A stretch of DNA of 64,000 bases, from the sequence record PP261279.1. One strand, given 5' to 3'. The first letter of the stretch is position 1, and every line of letters starts with the position of its first letter. The notes beneath the pieces were generated by a model. It did no database searches. It saw only the letters and a list, made by a program, of their open reading frames with translations, and was not told the DNA's origin. This document shows, piece by piece, positions 1-10,071 of the stretch. Origin of the DNA: Escherichia phage ECP2303. A program made the translations under genes and the position numbers.

Positions 1-562
1 TGATACGAGGATCATAGCATTTTTTACCAACCTTGACGAGTGTAACGTTTGGCAACCCAAAAGGGAACTTGTTAGGGTCAAACCTGAAGCTGGCACGTAG
101 CCAACTGATCCCTCTACCTATCATGTCTGGTGACCACGACGGGCAGTGTGTACCCATGAAAGGATCAGATGTTTTTCTGTCGTTATGTAGCTCCCACGAT
201 ATCAAATCTCCATACGAGGAAATAGGATTACCGTCGATGAGTATATCTTCTATACCTTCCAGGGGATGATTGGCAAGAACAATAGCACAATGGAGGGTCC
301 TGTCCCTGTCCTGCTCCAAAAACGCAAGTAATCCAGATGTGCGTGTCTTCCCATACACTACAGAGCAAGGTGCAGCAGAAGATCTGAGAAGCTTTTGTCT
401 ATCTTGCTGACTTCTGTAAGATTTGTTGCCCTCAAAAATCTTATCCAGAGTTCTGGTGGTAACAGTGTTCAGGCTGTCAGCCAGAGCTGCCTTGGATGCG
501 TTCCAGTCATAACTTGAAGATCTTGCAGAAGCAACGATGTTATCAATCATTGCAATTGGCAT
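1..562 (-). CDS. tail/baseplate-associated protein, N-terminal part (gene runs off the window start)
   Basis: Open frame on the minus strand from ATG at 562 (RBS GGAGGT upstream, ATG overlaps the stop of the upstream gene as TAATG) to position 1 with no stop; not in the ORF track because it lacks a stop. Position in the tail module; family not recognised. Confidence 0.4.
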   Translation of the reverse strand, partial: MPIAMIDNIVASARSSSYDWNASKAALADSLNTVTTRTLDKIFEGNKSYRSQQDRQKLLRSSAAPCSVVYGKTRTSGLLAFLEQDRDRTLHCAIVLANHPLEGIEDILIDGNPISSYGDLISWELHNDRKTSDPFMGTHCPSWSPDMIGRGISWLRASFRFDPNKFPFGLPNVTLVKVGKKCYDPRI

Positions 563-999
563 TAATACCTCCAGACATCAACAACAATAGAATCTTTCAT
601 GTCGAACATAAAGACCCCTTTATCACCTTTCGCCCAAATCTGGTTGTTCCAGAACACACCCGCGGTGAGTCCGTTCAGTCCTTCGAAAATAACAATATCC
701 CCACGCTGAACCTGTTTAGGAGTGTCCAGTCGAGTCATAAAGAAATCAAAAATAGTAGGCAGGTGTGTGGTTTTGAAATGAAGCATGCACCATCTCTTGC
801 TTTCCAACTCTGTTTTATACGTTCCTTCGAAGTTAGAAAGAAAATCTGTTCCGTATTGGGCATCAACACACTTAGCCGCAAAGGTGCAACAATCGTGGAA
901 TCCCCATTCAAAAGGTATGGTGGCCTCTTCGTCAAACACTTTCCACAACCTTTCTTGCCAGTCCACTAGACGAGGATGTGTGCTCATTAAACCTCCCAA
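562..999 (-). CDS. hypothetical tail-module protein (Cys-containing, weak NlpC/P60-like pattern)
   Basis: 145-aa ORF; WGFHDCCTF then GDIVIF resembles the NlpC/P60 Cys and GDxxF segments, but no downstream His is present; translationally coupled to flanking genes. Confidence 0.35.
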   Translation of the reverse strand: MGGLMSTHPRLVDWQERLWKVFDEEATIPFEWGFHDCCTFAAKCVDAQYGTDFLSNFEGTYKTELESKRWCMLHFKTTHLPTIFDFFMTRLDTPKQVQRGDIVIFEGLNGLTAGVFWNNQIWAKGDKGVFMFDMKDSIVVDVWRY

Positions 1000-1553
1000 A
1001 TGATCGGGCGGCTCGCCACCTGATCCACATATTTAAAAAATCTGTCGTTATCGTTTCTTGAGCTGTGGCTTTCCTCCGTGTACCGATAAGGAAAACCTCT
1101 TAACCAGCTGTTGAAGATGGAAGAGATGGATATGGACAAAGCACTATTCTCTCCTGTCTGGATAGCCATATCTGTTATAAGGCCGTCAAACAAGCCATTA
1201 GTTGTGACAGGCAGACCATTCTCCATAGCGGTAATGTACAACGTGGCACGACAACCAGAATACTCCGTCTTCAGCAGATCACCCACATACTTAGGATCAA
1301 ACCCGTTCAATGTTGCTACCACAGATCCGAAGTTGGTGGCATCTTTCTCAGACACAGCGGTCAATGTTGCTGATCCGCCTATCCCTATAAAATGTTGACC
1401 CTCAATTACTACAACACCAGTGCCTGAGCACACCCTGACAGTGCCTGTCGGTAGCTCCAGCTTTGCAGCAATTAAGATCTCAACACCATCAAGCTCTAGC
1501 TTTTCAAGAAATAAATTATCTAATGGCGCTCTGATCATCTTAGAAATCCTCAA
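987..1553 (-). CDS. hypothetical tail/baseplate protein
   Basis: 188-aa ORF in the co-oriented tail gene string with overlapping start/stop. Confidence 0.35.
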   Translation of the reverse strand: MRISKMIRAPLDNLFLEKLELDGVEILIAAKLELPTGTVRVCSGTGVVVIEGQHFIGIGGSATLTAVSEKDATNFGSVVATLNGFDPKYVGDLLKTEYSGCRATLYITAMENGLPVTTNGLFDGLITDMAIQTGENSALSISISSIFNSWLRGFPYRYTEESHSSRNDNDRFFKYVDQVASRPIIWEV

Positions 1554-2130
1554 AGAAGTTGATAACTATATTATCACCTTTTTGCATAGCATCGACTTTT
1601 TGCTTAATTTTATAAATATCTCTGATATGGAACCTACCCTTCGGGGATTGAGTTATTATCTTCATAGTGTCCCCTGCGGCAATAGGTTTTCTAAGTCTTG
1701 GAGATATGCTTATAACAGCAGACCCAACACCATCACTACGCACTGGAGCTGTTACCACTTTCAATTCATCATTGACAGATATTTTATCCCCAGCTCTGGC
1801 TATGTCTCTGTTTGGCTCCCATCCGACCGTATTCAAAAAATCGTCGTTGCCAGTAGGCCCAAGGGCGATTGGCTCATTAGCTGTTACTGAGTGACCGTAA
1901 GTTTTAATGAGAAAGATGTTCCCATCTTTATACACCTGATCAACAAAGCTTTTAAGCTCTAGCAACTGTGACTCGCTGATATTGGAGACCGTCAAAGTGC
2001 CTTTCCAGTTAGGTGTGGCATAGGTTACTTTTTGCGTCTTACCTGTAAACGGACTTTTAAACGTAACAATATCTGCCAGCAGCTCCAATCTAATATCTGG
2101 AAGGTATCTAGGCCTTTCCCATAAAAACAT
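1540..2130 (-). CDS. hypothetical tail/baseplate protein
   Basis: 196-aa ORF directly downstream of the tail fiber gene terminator; no motif recognised. Confidence 0.35.
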   Translation of the reverse strand: MFLWERPRYLPDIRLELLADIVTFKSPFTGKTQKVTYATPNWKGTLTVSNISESQLLELKSFVDQVYKDGNIFLIKTYGHSVTANEPIALGPTGNDDFLNTVGWEPNRDIARAGDKISVNDELKVVTAPVRSDGVGSAVISISPRLRKPIAAGDTMKIITQSPKGRFHIRDIYKIKQKVDAMQKGDNIVINFFEDF

Positions 2131-2191
2131 TGTGCCTCCAGGTTAAACAATCATGATAGTTATTTTACCAGATTTTGAGTTAATACGCAAT

Positions 2192-2222
2192 ACAAACAAA
2201 AAGCCCCCGCCGAAGCGAGGGC
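2192..2222 (-). terminator. Rho-independent terminator after the tail fiber gene
   Basis: Minus-strand RNA GCCCTCGC-UUCG-GCGGGGGC hairpin followed by UUUUUGUUUGU, just 3' of the stop at 2230. Confidence 0.6.
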
Positions 2223-2229
2223 AAAACAG

Positions 2230-5200
2230 TTACTTCAATTTCTCTTGCAATCCAGTAACAACCTCTGTCAATTTTTTAACCTGCTCCTCAAGGGCGGTTA
2301 TTTTATCGTCCTGTTCCCTGCAAACCTGGACAAGCAAGCCTGTTACAGCTGCGTAGTCAACGTTATAGAACCTTTCCTCAGTCATTAAAGGAATGCCGTC
2401 TTGAGTAGGACCTTCTATTTCCTTCCTTTTCACGAAAGATCCTACTGCCTCTGGCAATGCTTCCATAACCTCTTGAGCAATCACGCCTGCATAAGGCATA
2501 CCATTCTCTTTCAAGGTGTAGGTATAGCCTTTCATCTTTCTAATTGCTTCCAGAGCGTTAGGTATGACCTCTATGTTATCCTTCAGGTCCCTATCGGAAC
2601 TTTGACTAACAGTAGTACATTCTACCGTGCCGTTGACAGCAAAATATCTTGATTTAGCCTCATCTGCCTTAGCACCACAGTGGAATACCCAGCTGGCGAC
2701 TGTTGAGTTATCACTTATCTGAAACTCCAGCACATTCTTCCTATCTGCGCCATTACCCCAATAGTACAACCTACCTGTATTAGAAGGCATGTTGGAAGTG
2801 TTGGTAACATCCGCACCACCACCTGTGTGTATTGTGAACTCCGGTTCAAGATTGGATCCTTGAGTTTTTAAAGTGATACCTTTACCACCAAGCTGCTGCC
2901 AATGGCCCCATGTGAAAACACCACCTATCGTTGTTCCATAACGCAGGAATTTTTCTCCAAGATATGTCGTATATTCCTGTACGCAACTCTCTGGAACGTT
3001 GGCATAGTTTCTGTAGACAACGAGAGTACCTGCCTGGGAGCATGGGTAGTTTTTATCAAGTGCGGCCTGAGCATTAGCCTCCTGATGATAAAAACCCTCT
3101 CTATCCCCTTTGTAGTCGTTAAGGTCATTAGTCCCCAGCCCTTGACCACGGTGCTGAATAACTTTGTTCCATGCCCTATGGTTACCACCCTCGATAGATC
3201 TGGTGTATAGCTGATCAAGGCGACCAGCCATTTGGAAGGCATAGTTTCCAGAAAACGCCACAGACAGCCCACCAACAACCATCGAACCTTCAGGTCCGTT
3301 GACATTGCCTGCCATTATTTTAGAAGGGTTGTTAGGACCAAACTGGTTGTTCCAGTCTGCACCAGTATGGCATACAAAACCACCTGGAGCTGAGAAAGTA
3401 CCATCCTTGTTGAAGTTGTAGAATCTATGAGCTGTGCCTACAACATCGCGAACAATAACTTGACCAGCTTCCGGAGTAGATCTGAACTCTGCCTGGCCTT
3501 TGAGACCAGCACCATTACCGCATTTAGAGGTAAACGTACCGTTAGTCAGATCCTCTGTCCCATCAGATGCACACTGGAATCCTGCATTAGAGAATAACGC
3601 CTTTCTAGGACTGCCGTAGCACAAATAGTCAAGACCGTCTGCCCATAGCTCGACTTTTGGCATATTCATTTTGCTCATCACAGCATAGCGTTCAGCAGTG
3701 CCTATATAGTGCCACTGTGTGCCGCCGCCAGTGTAGAACCCTGAAGTACCTTTAAAATCAACAATAGGTCTGGTATTGGTGTTGTTATCTCCAAGAATGG
3801 CAAGATTCAAATCTGCTGACTGAAGAGGTGCAACGAACTTAACCCCATCCTGATTGTCTGTTACAGAGCCAACCTGGTAATCTTGCTCTCTGGTAAACAC
3901 TTCGACAACATTTCTACTTGCGTATATGCTGACAGGGAAAGCACGAGCCTCTACATAGAAAGCAACATACTCTTGTTTACCCCTTGTTGGAGCAACCATC
4001 CCAAGAAGTGCTTTTTCATTCTGGTAGAAATTTACTACCCCGTAGAAAGCGTCCCCTCTGTCTGTCCAACCACCAGTTCTATAGTGACACTGTAAGGTAG
4101 CACAGTTCATAGGGTCACCGCCGGATGACGATCTGGTAACTATGGTAATATCAGTGCCAGTTGCTGGAGCATAGTACGGATCTGTTCTAACGATAATTGG
4201 GTAGTATTTCCCATCTTCCATCCCTGCGGTTCTTGGCAGTGTTAAGAAGTCTTTTACACCTGCTGCTATAGGAACTTTGAACAGATTCTGAGCATCTGCT
4301 AAAGTTGTGGCTCCAGTACCACCTGCGGCGTGAGGTAAAGGTTCCCACTTGGCCTTCCGGTTGTTATAAACACCCCATTCCAAACTGCCGTTACCGGATT
4401 CGTCCATCCCGCCATCCCAGATAACCATCTTGGCGGCTTTCTTGGACCCCCAAAAGCCTCTTTCTGCTCCTGAACTACGGATCCACTCCCCAAGTCCCCA
4501 GTTTGTCAGCTGACCAGTAAGATCCCCAACCTGCATATATTTAGGACAGTCTAATACACCGTCCTCGCGGAAACCTAAATATCTATGAGTTTCAGATCCT
4601 TTTGCACCTTTGTGGAGGTGGATTGTCAACCAAGCCTTATTGTCGTTTCTTACCTCAGAATAGATCCTATAACCATGCTCAAGAATACCATCAGTATTAT
4701 ATTTATCTCCATGGAGAATACCTGAGGCCGATTTAACATCTCCAGAGTATTGAGCTAAGTAAAGGTGCCCGAAGGCTGGCGAGTTGTTTTTACCAAGGCC
4801 GATATGAGATCTGAAAGTATCATCGTTACGAGGTCTGACCATCGGCTGCCATGCAGTCCACTGGTTTGTGTTGGCCTGATAGGTTCTCAAATACCAAACA
4901 TCTACGTTAGAAAATGGATAGTATTCCTGACGACAACCTGTACCGCCGTTAGCATTGTTCTGCCAAACAATCAAGTGACCAGCACCAGAACCTGCAGGGT
5001 AACCATTTGCCTCAGTTGCATAAGCAGTCATCGGCTGGTAGTATACGCCATCCTGATTACCAGTCAAGTTATTGATATTGAAATTTGGCTCAAGGGCTGC
5101 ACGTTGCTTATAGAAAGCACCGATATTGATACGGACTCCAGCGGCATCTCTAGCCCCTGTGCCGCCTTGCTCTATAGCAAGAGGTTGCCACGAAGCTGTT

Positions 5201-6030
5201 TGTTGGTTCCACATACCCCAACGGCCTGTTGCATCAAGCTGCAAGTACCCTGCCGTATTTAAATCATCTCCAGCACGGATAACTGTTCTTGTTGGGTTGT
5301 TTGCCTCTAGGCGTTTAAATTCATCACGAAGTGCTATTCTTTTCGTTGTTGCTACACCGTTGGTTACTGCAATGGTGTACATGGCTCCGGTGGTAGCGCC
5401 ACGGAAAATACCATCAACAGTTGTAGTATCACGACGAGATACCACACCGTTCAGAAATTTTTCACCAGCTGCTACAGAAGGGTAGTTGGTAGTTCTTCCC
5501 TCTTCAATAACTGCAGGGCCAACAAAGTTATCGAGGTGAATAACATCGCCTACAGTGTGCACTGTACCAAAATCTACACGCTGTGCAAGTGCTTTGGCAT
5601 CGTTAGCTGTCTGAACAGTAACATCCATTACATCCTGGACAGACTGCCCTTCGGCTGTCATGATCATAGATGCGCCAATGGTAGATTCCAGCTCCTCCCT
5701 TAATGACGGATCTGTATATACCATCCATGCAGCGTCAGTAATCCCACCATCGGAGTACGGTGAAGACAGTGCAGGAACAGTGTGTGGAAATTCGCCTTTC
5801 CAACGTAGGTAGAGGTCTTCCTCTTCGAAGTAGGCAAAATCCATTGGGCCGTTTAACTTACCACCTTCCTTAAAGGAGATTACATGAGAAACAGTCCCAT
5901 CAACATGGACAACATCGCCAATTTTTACACGACGGGTCAGGTCTGGTTGTTGAACAACCAGGTAATCATCCTCTGTCACTGCGGTAGTGGCAGGAAGAGA
6001 TTCAATTCTGACAACTTTAATATCAGCCAT
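2230..6030 (-). CDS. long tail fiber / tailspike with C-terminal intramolecular chaperone (peptidase S74-type) domain
   Basis: 1266 aa; C-terminus SDRDLKDNIEVI...GYTYT...coiled coil matches the autoproteolytic chaperone domain of endosialidase/L-shaped fibers; N-terminal ~110 aa homologous to the N-terminus of the 222-aa protein at 8665-9333. Confidence 0.8.
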   Translation of the reverse strand: MADIKVVRIESLPATTAVTEDDYLVVQQPDLTRRVKIGDVVHVDGTVSHVISFKEGGKLNGPMDFAYFEEEDLYLRWKGEFPHTVPALSSPYSDGGITDAAWMVYTDPSLREELESTIGASMIMTAEGQSVQDVMDVTVQTANDAKALAQRVDFGTVHTVGDVIHLDNFVGPAVIEEGRTTNYPSVAAGEKFLNGVVSRRDTTTVDGIFRGATTGAMYTIAVTNGVATTKRIALRDEFKRLEANNPTRTVIRAGDDLNTAGYLQLDATGRWGMWNQQTASWQPLAIEQGGTGARDAAGVRINIGAFYKQRAALEPNFNINNLTGNQDGVYYQPMTAYATEANGYPAGSGAGHLIVWQNNANGGTGCRQEYYPFSNVDVWYLRTYQANTNQWTAWQPMVRPRNDDTFRSHIGLGKNNSPAFGHLYLAQYSGDVKSASGILHGDKYNTDGILEHGYRIYSEVRNDNKAWLTIHLHKGAKGSETHRYLGFREDGVLDCPKYMQVGDLTGQLTNWGLGEWIRSSGAERGFWGSKKAAKMVIWDGGMDESGNGSLEWGVYNNRKAKWEPLPHAAGGTGATTLADAQNLFKVPIAAGVKDFLTLPRTAGMEDGKYYPIIVRTDPYYAPATGTDITIVTRSSSGGDPMNCATLQCHYRTGGWTDRGDAFYGVVNFYQNEKALLGMVAPTRGKQEYVAFYVEARAFPVSIYASRNVVEVFTREQDYQVGSVTDNQDGVKFVAPLQSADLNLAILGDNNTNTRPIVDFKGTSGFYTGGGTQWHYIGTAERYAVMSKMNMPKVELWADGLDYLCYGSPRKALFSNAGFQCASDGTEDLTNGTFTSKCGNGAGLKGQAEFRSTPEAGQVIVRDVVGTAHRFYNFNKDGTFSAPGGFVCHTGADWNNQFGPNNPSKIMAGNVNGPEGSMVVGGLSVAFSGNYAFQMAGRLDQLYTRSIEGGNHRAWNKVIQHRGQGLGTNDLNDYKGDREGFYHQEANAQAALDKNYPCSQAGTLVVYRNYANVPESCVQEYTTYLGEKFLRYGTTIGGVFTWGHWQQLGGKGITLKTQGSNLEPEFTIHTGGGADVTNTSNMPSNTGRLYYWGNGADRKNVLEFQISDNSTVASWVFHCGAKADEAKSRYFAVNGTVECTTVSQSSDRDLKDNIEVIPNALEAIRKMKGYTYTLKENGMPYAGVIAQEVMEALPEAVGSFVKRKEIEGPTQDGIPLMTEERFYNVDYAAVTGLLVQVCREQDDKITALEEQVKKLTEVVTGLQEKLK

Positions 6031-6065
6031 TCTTTCTCCTGAAAGGGGGCAAACAGCCCCCTATG

Positions 6066-8663
6066 TTAAAGGTACAATCCACGGTATTGAGCATAGAGGC
6101 CCAGACCGCGAAGGATTTCGCCAGAGTGATAGCCTACCGGATCAGAAACTGCCCAGCAGCCGTTTAAAACATTATCCCCATTAATGAAGTGGTGCTTTTG
6201 CAGTAGCTTCACACAGGCTTCTACAACAATGTCTATTTGAGGTATTGTCTCTGAATACCCACACAGACCTAGCCAGCAGCAACCTGCAAGCCATTCACCT
6301 ACCACCCACATCCTGTCTCCTCTGTCTTGATAAGAATATCCCCCAGAGGTGTTAAAGTCTGTAGGCAGATTTCCTGAATGAGATGACTGGAATCTGTTGA
6401 GGAACCATGCCCATTTCTGGCAGAACAGGAATAGTCTTTCATCAACAGGTTCTTTATGTTTCTTGAGCTCATATATTGTGCGGCACGCAGCAACAAAAGA
6501 TCTTGACTGGAGCTTAGAGTTATCTACCATCTCCCACCAACCAGTCAACCCTTCATTACCTCTTTGCCATACATAACGTGAGGCAACTGGACCCTCTGTC
6601 TTAAATGTATTATTATACCAGACTTGAGCGTCATACAGAAAGCCTATTGTATTTGACAATCTATGGCGATCTATGTTTTCTGCACCCATACAGTAGACTG
6701 CTGGGTATTGCATGCCAGGGTAGGGCCAATTTGGCCTTTCCTCTAAGAGATAGTTTTCCTTATCTATCACCTTTCCGGCAGGGAACACCCCTGGCGTGTG
6801 CCTGTATGCACCTTGCTTGTAGTTTCTGACATAGCAATCGCCAACCTTAGCGGTTGATTCTGTCTTGCTTGCCATCCATACGCTAAACCAGATTAGATAA
6901 GCATCCCTGTCTGCAATATAGAATTGCGGCAGCGTGTTGACGCAGTACAGATCAAACAAGCCATTACCTATCTGCCTGTCGCTTAGGCTGAAATCTACAG
7001 AGGTGAGCCCCTTAGGATTAGCAAAGAAAGGTTTAATCTCTTCTTCGGTGTGATGAGGTTGTGTCGGATCTAGTTTGAAATCTCCTAGAGTAAGAGTTTC
7101 TGTTATCCATTGTCCATTAGTGGCATATAGATCAGCATACCATAACCACCTGTCTTTGTCAAGAAATTTGACCCTTACCATCTCATCATCTGATCGATAA
7201 GTTACTGAGTTTAAAGAAATCTCTCTTCCAAAATTGAAAGTTACTTTACCTCTTGCTATATTACAACGGGTGAAGTTGTCAGAGTGGTTGTAAATGTCGG
7301 TATCATACTGCATACCAACACCAGCACCACCGCTTACGGCAATGTTTTCCTCTTTAGGTAAGAGATACGGATTACCGTCTTTACCAACCACCTCTACGAA
7401 ATCAGTAACCTTGGCAACTATTTCTGTTACCTCTGCACCTCCAAAAGGGACACCTATCCTGTACTGTTTTTTGTTATTGTTACCATCATTAAGGATGAAA
7501 TGCGGCTGGAACAGAACACCTTCTCCTCCGAAATTCATAACAATTTCAGCATCTCTACCTATTTTGTATGTAGTCCCTTTTTGAATTATTTCGCAAGGCT
7601 GGCGTGCGTTCATTCTAAAATTGATATACCCGTCACTGTCCCTGCTCATGACAGGAACTGTTCCTGCAACAAGACAAGCACCATCTGTGAACGGTGCCTT
7701 AATCAACGTGGTCTTTCTAAACAGCTTGTCGTAGGCGTTTATATCACTGAAATTAAGCAACTTGTTGTAAGACTGTTTAAACGCGGTGTAATACTTTTCC
7801 TCACCTGTCAAGGTGTAGAGTTGATAACAAGCGTCACACCACATTTCTTCCCCGTCCAACTCCGGGGCCTGATTATCTGCAACCACGTTTATAGGATTTA
7901 CAATTACAGGGGATCCTGCAGGTATCACCGATCCACCCTGCTCTTGAGGTAATCTTACACAATAGGTCACCTTGTGGCTGCCTGTAACACCCTTATCTTG
8001 TAATTGGATTGTGCCGAACTCTACAGATGTATGACCACTGTCGGCTATGCTACCGTTAGCCCAATAGCGGTTACCATCCCATGCTATATACCACTCAACC
8101 CACCAACTTAATCCGGATGTTGTCCAATCCGGGTTAGCATCTGTGCCGCCGTAAACATCAGAGTCTACAGTGTTTCTTCCTAACACACCGTTATACGCTT
8201 GGAATGCCTTGTCCAGGTATTCCCCCCATGTCGGAGATCCAGCTGGGATTTTTCCTCTACCATTGGTAAAAGACACCACCACATCTTTAAACCCACCATG
8301 TGATGGAACCCCGTCTGTGGATAGAGGGTAGTGGGACAATCTTTGCATTTTACTTTCTACAGCATATGCACCCAGAAGATGACTATTGTAAGCTTCCCAA
8401 GCATCTTTTGCCCTATCCAGATAGAAATCGCTTTTCGATGCCCTATATGCTTCAATGTATCCCAGAATCAACACAGCTTGGGACTCATGCATTGCCCAAT
8501 CATTATTTATCTTATTACCTGCCCACCCTGCAGCTATAAGACCATCAGGGTTTACTAGCTTATTTTGTGTAGGGGTGTTGGTAATACCTGTGTTGTTATC
8601 GAGGCACTTCCTGTGCCCCTCAATCATCTGAAATACGTTATCAATGTTGTGTTGAATACGCAT
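6066..8663 (-). CDS. putative tailspike enzymatic subunit (polysaccharide depolymerase/glycosidase-like)
   Basis: 865 aa; translationally coupled to the upstream 222-aa anchor-domain protein (GGAG then ATG 1 nt after its stop); Trp/Tyr/Gly-rich composition typical of carbohydrate-active beta-helix or alpha-toroid proteins; no motif confirmed. Confidence 0.45.
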   Translation of the reverse strand: MRIQHNIDNVFQMIEGHRKCLDNNTGITNTPTQNKLVNPDGLIAAGWAGNKINNDWAMHESQAVLILGYIEAYRASKSDFYLDRAKDAWEAYNSHLLGAYAVESKMQRLSHYPLSTDGVPSHGGFKDVVVSFTNGRGKIPAGSPTWGEYLDKAFQAYNGVLGRNTVDSDVYGGTDANPDWTTSGLSWWVEWYIAWDGNRYWANGSIADSGHTSVEFGTIQLQDKGVTGSHKVTYCVRLPQEQGGSVIPAGSPVIVNPINVVADNQAPELDGEEMWCDACYQLYTLTGEEKYYTAFKQSYNKLLNFSDINAYDKLFRKTTLIKAPFTDGACLVAGTVPVMSRDSDGYINFRMNARQPCEIIQKGTTYKIGRDAEIVMNFGGEGVLFQPHFILNDGNNNKKQYRIGVPFGGAEVTEIVAKVTDFVEVVGKDGNPYLLPKEENIAVSGGAGVGMQYDTDIYNHSDNFTRCNIARGKVTFNFGREISLNSVTYRSDDEMVRVKFLDKDRWLWYADLYATNGQWITETLTLGDFKLDPTQPHHTEEEIKPFFANPKGLTSVDFSLSDRQIGNGLFDLYCVNTLPQFYIADRDAYLIWFSVWMASKTESTAKVGDCYVRNYKQGAYRHTPGVFPAGKVIDKENYLLEERPNWPYPGMQYPAVYCMGAENIDRHRLSNTIGFLYDAQVWYNNTFKTEGPVASRYVWQRGNEGLTGWWEMVDNSKLQSRSFVAACRTIYELKKHKEPVDERLFLFCQKWAWFLNRFQSSHSGNLPTDFNTSGGYSYQDRGDRMWVVGEWLAGCCWLGLCGYSETIPQIDIVVEACVKLLQKHHFINGDNVLNGCWAVSDPVGYHSGEILRGLGLYAQYRGLYL

Positions 8664-8664
8664 C

Positions 8665-9333
8665 TTAGATAGCTCCTGCGATAATCAGTGCCCCGTACCA
8701 AGTTAACCCGTTGTCGTAGGTTTCCAACTTGAAAATATCTGTTGCACCAGCTGTAAATGTTAGGATAGGATCTCTTCCGTAGGACCATTTAACATTGTCA
8801 GGCCAATAGACTTTGTTGCCGCCAGAGGTCTGAGTAATGCATACGGTTATAGTTCTCGCCACCCCTTCAAGACCTTCTGTTTGATTTTCAAAAGAGATTG
8901 TGGTATTTGAAGTTAGTCGAACTTTAAAGGTATCCGCAACTTCAAGATCCATATCAAGCTGACCACCGATAGATCCGTAATCAACTATTCTGCCATAAGA
9001 AGTTGCAGCAAGCTCACCAAAAACAGACCATGCATTTGCAGACACACCCCCAGCACCCTCTACAGTGGAGTCTGGGAGGATTATTTTAGGATAATCCCCG
9101 TTCCACGTGTAGTAGCGCTTAGTCTCTGGGTCATAAGCAAAGTCCTTCTTGCTCTTAAGATAGCCACCCTCTGTGAAATAGACTATCTTAGTAATGCTAA
9201 GATCGTTGACAACATCGTCAATCTTAGCCTTTCTTGTCCCATCAGTCTGGTTGACAACCAAGAAGTCATCACTCAGGACTGTTTCTGCATCTTCAAGATC
9301 TGGAATTGGTATTGTAGGATAAGCTACAGCCAT
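8665..9333 (-). CDS. tail fiber/spike adaptor with conserved N-terminal particle-anchor domain
   Basis: 222 aa; N-terminus (DDFLVV..TDGTRKAKIDDVV...EGGYL...DFAY) aligns with the N-terminus of the 1266-aa fiber (DDYLVV..DLTRRVKIGDVV...EGGKL...DFAY). Confidence 0.5.
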   Translation of the reverse strand: MAVAYPTIPIPDLEDAETVLSDDFLVVNQTDGTRKAKIDDVVNDLSITKIVYFTEGGYLKSKKDFAYDPETKRYYTWNGDYPKIILPDSTVEGAGGVSANAWSVFGELAATSYGRIVDYGSIGGQLDMDLEVADTFKVRLTSNTTISFENQTEGLEGVARTITVCITQTSGGNKVYWPDNVKWSYGRDPILTFTAGATDIFKLETYDNGLTWYGALIIAGAI

Positions 9334-9342
9334 GATTTCTCC

Positions 9343-10059
9343 TTAGTTAACATCAATAGCACGACCAGACTGGTTGGCAATGGCCTCATCATTGGAGGTA
9401 GCAATAACACCAGAGTATTCGCGCTCATCTGGAGCAAGCGTCCAGGTATTGCGGTTAATGGTTTGTTCTGCCTCAGTCATCAGCAGATCTTTATCCTGAG
9501 TCAACAGAGAGCCTACAGGGATCGGGTTTTCCATCTCAGGACCAGCATACTGGTTCCACCATGTGGCATCTCCGGTTCTAGGCAATCTGAAGTTGATCAG
9601 ATAGTACAGTTTATTAGCCCACTTAATCCAACCCTCATCATCACAGAGAGAGGTTGTCCCAGAATCAGGCTGTGGGTAGGTGAACTGATCAAGACCTACG
9701 AAAGCCAGCCTTACAATCTCGTTCTCTTTGGTAACAACCTCAAAGAACGCTTGGTATGTTCTCGATCTTCGATCCATGGTAGACTGGAAGTTTATGATGT
9801 TTAGCACATCCGGCTCTTGTCTTGCCACTTCCATAATCTTGTTATCAAGAACAGTCTTCATGACCTTCTTACTGAGAAAGTCCATATAAGGGAAGCCAAA
9901 CAACTCGTCAAAGTACCAGCTCCCCTTCCACGTATTAAACCTCATCCACAAGCGCTGGCGCAGACTTACTTGGTTTGAATCTATCAACTCAAGACCTTTG
10001 TCTATCGCCAAATCGCCTGTCTGTGGGTCCATCAATATATCACTATAAAGCGTAGCCAT
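9343..10059 (-). CDS. baseplate wedge protein (putative)
   Basis: 238 aa between the spike and the fiber genes; N-terminal D..GDLAIDKG...W..F...W pattern reminiscent of small baseplate wedge proteins. Confidence 0.4.
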   Translation of the reverse strand: MATLYSDILMDPQTGDLAIDKGLELIDSNQVSLRQRLWMRFNTWKGSWYFDELFGFPYMDFLSKKVMKTVLDNKIMEVARQEPDVLNIINFQSTMDRRSRTYQAFFEVVTKENEIVRLAFVGLDQFTYPQPDSGTTSLCDDEGWIKWANKLYYLINFRLPRTGDATWWNQYAGPEMENPIPVGSLLTQDKDLLMTEAEQTINRNTWTLAPDEREYSGVIATSNDEAIANQSGRAIDVN

Positions 10060-10071
10060 GAAAGCCCTCTA

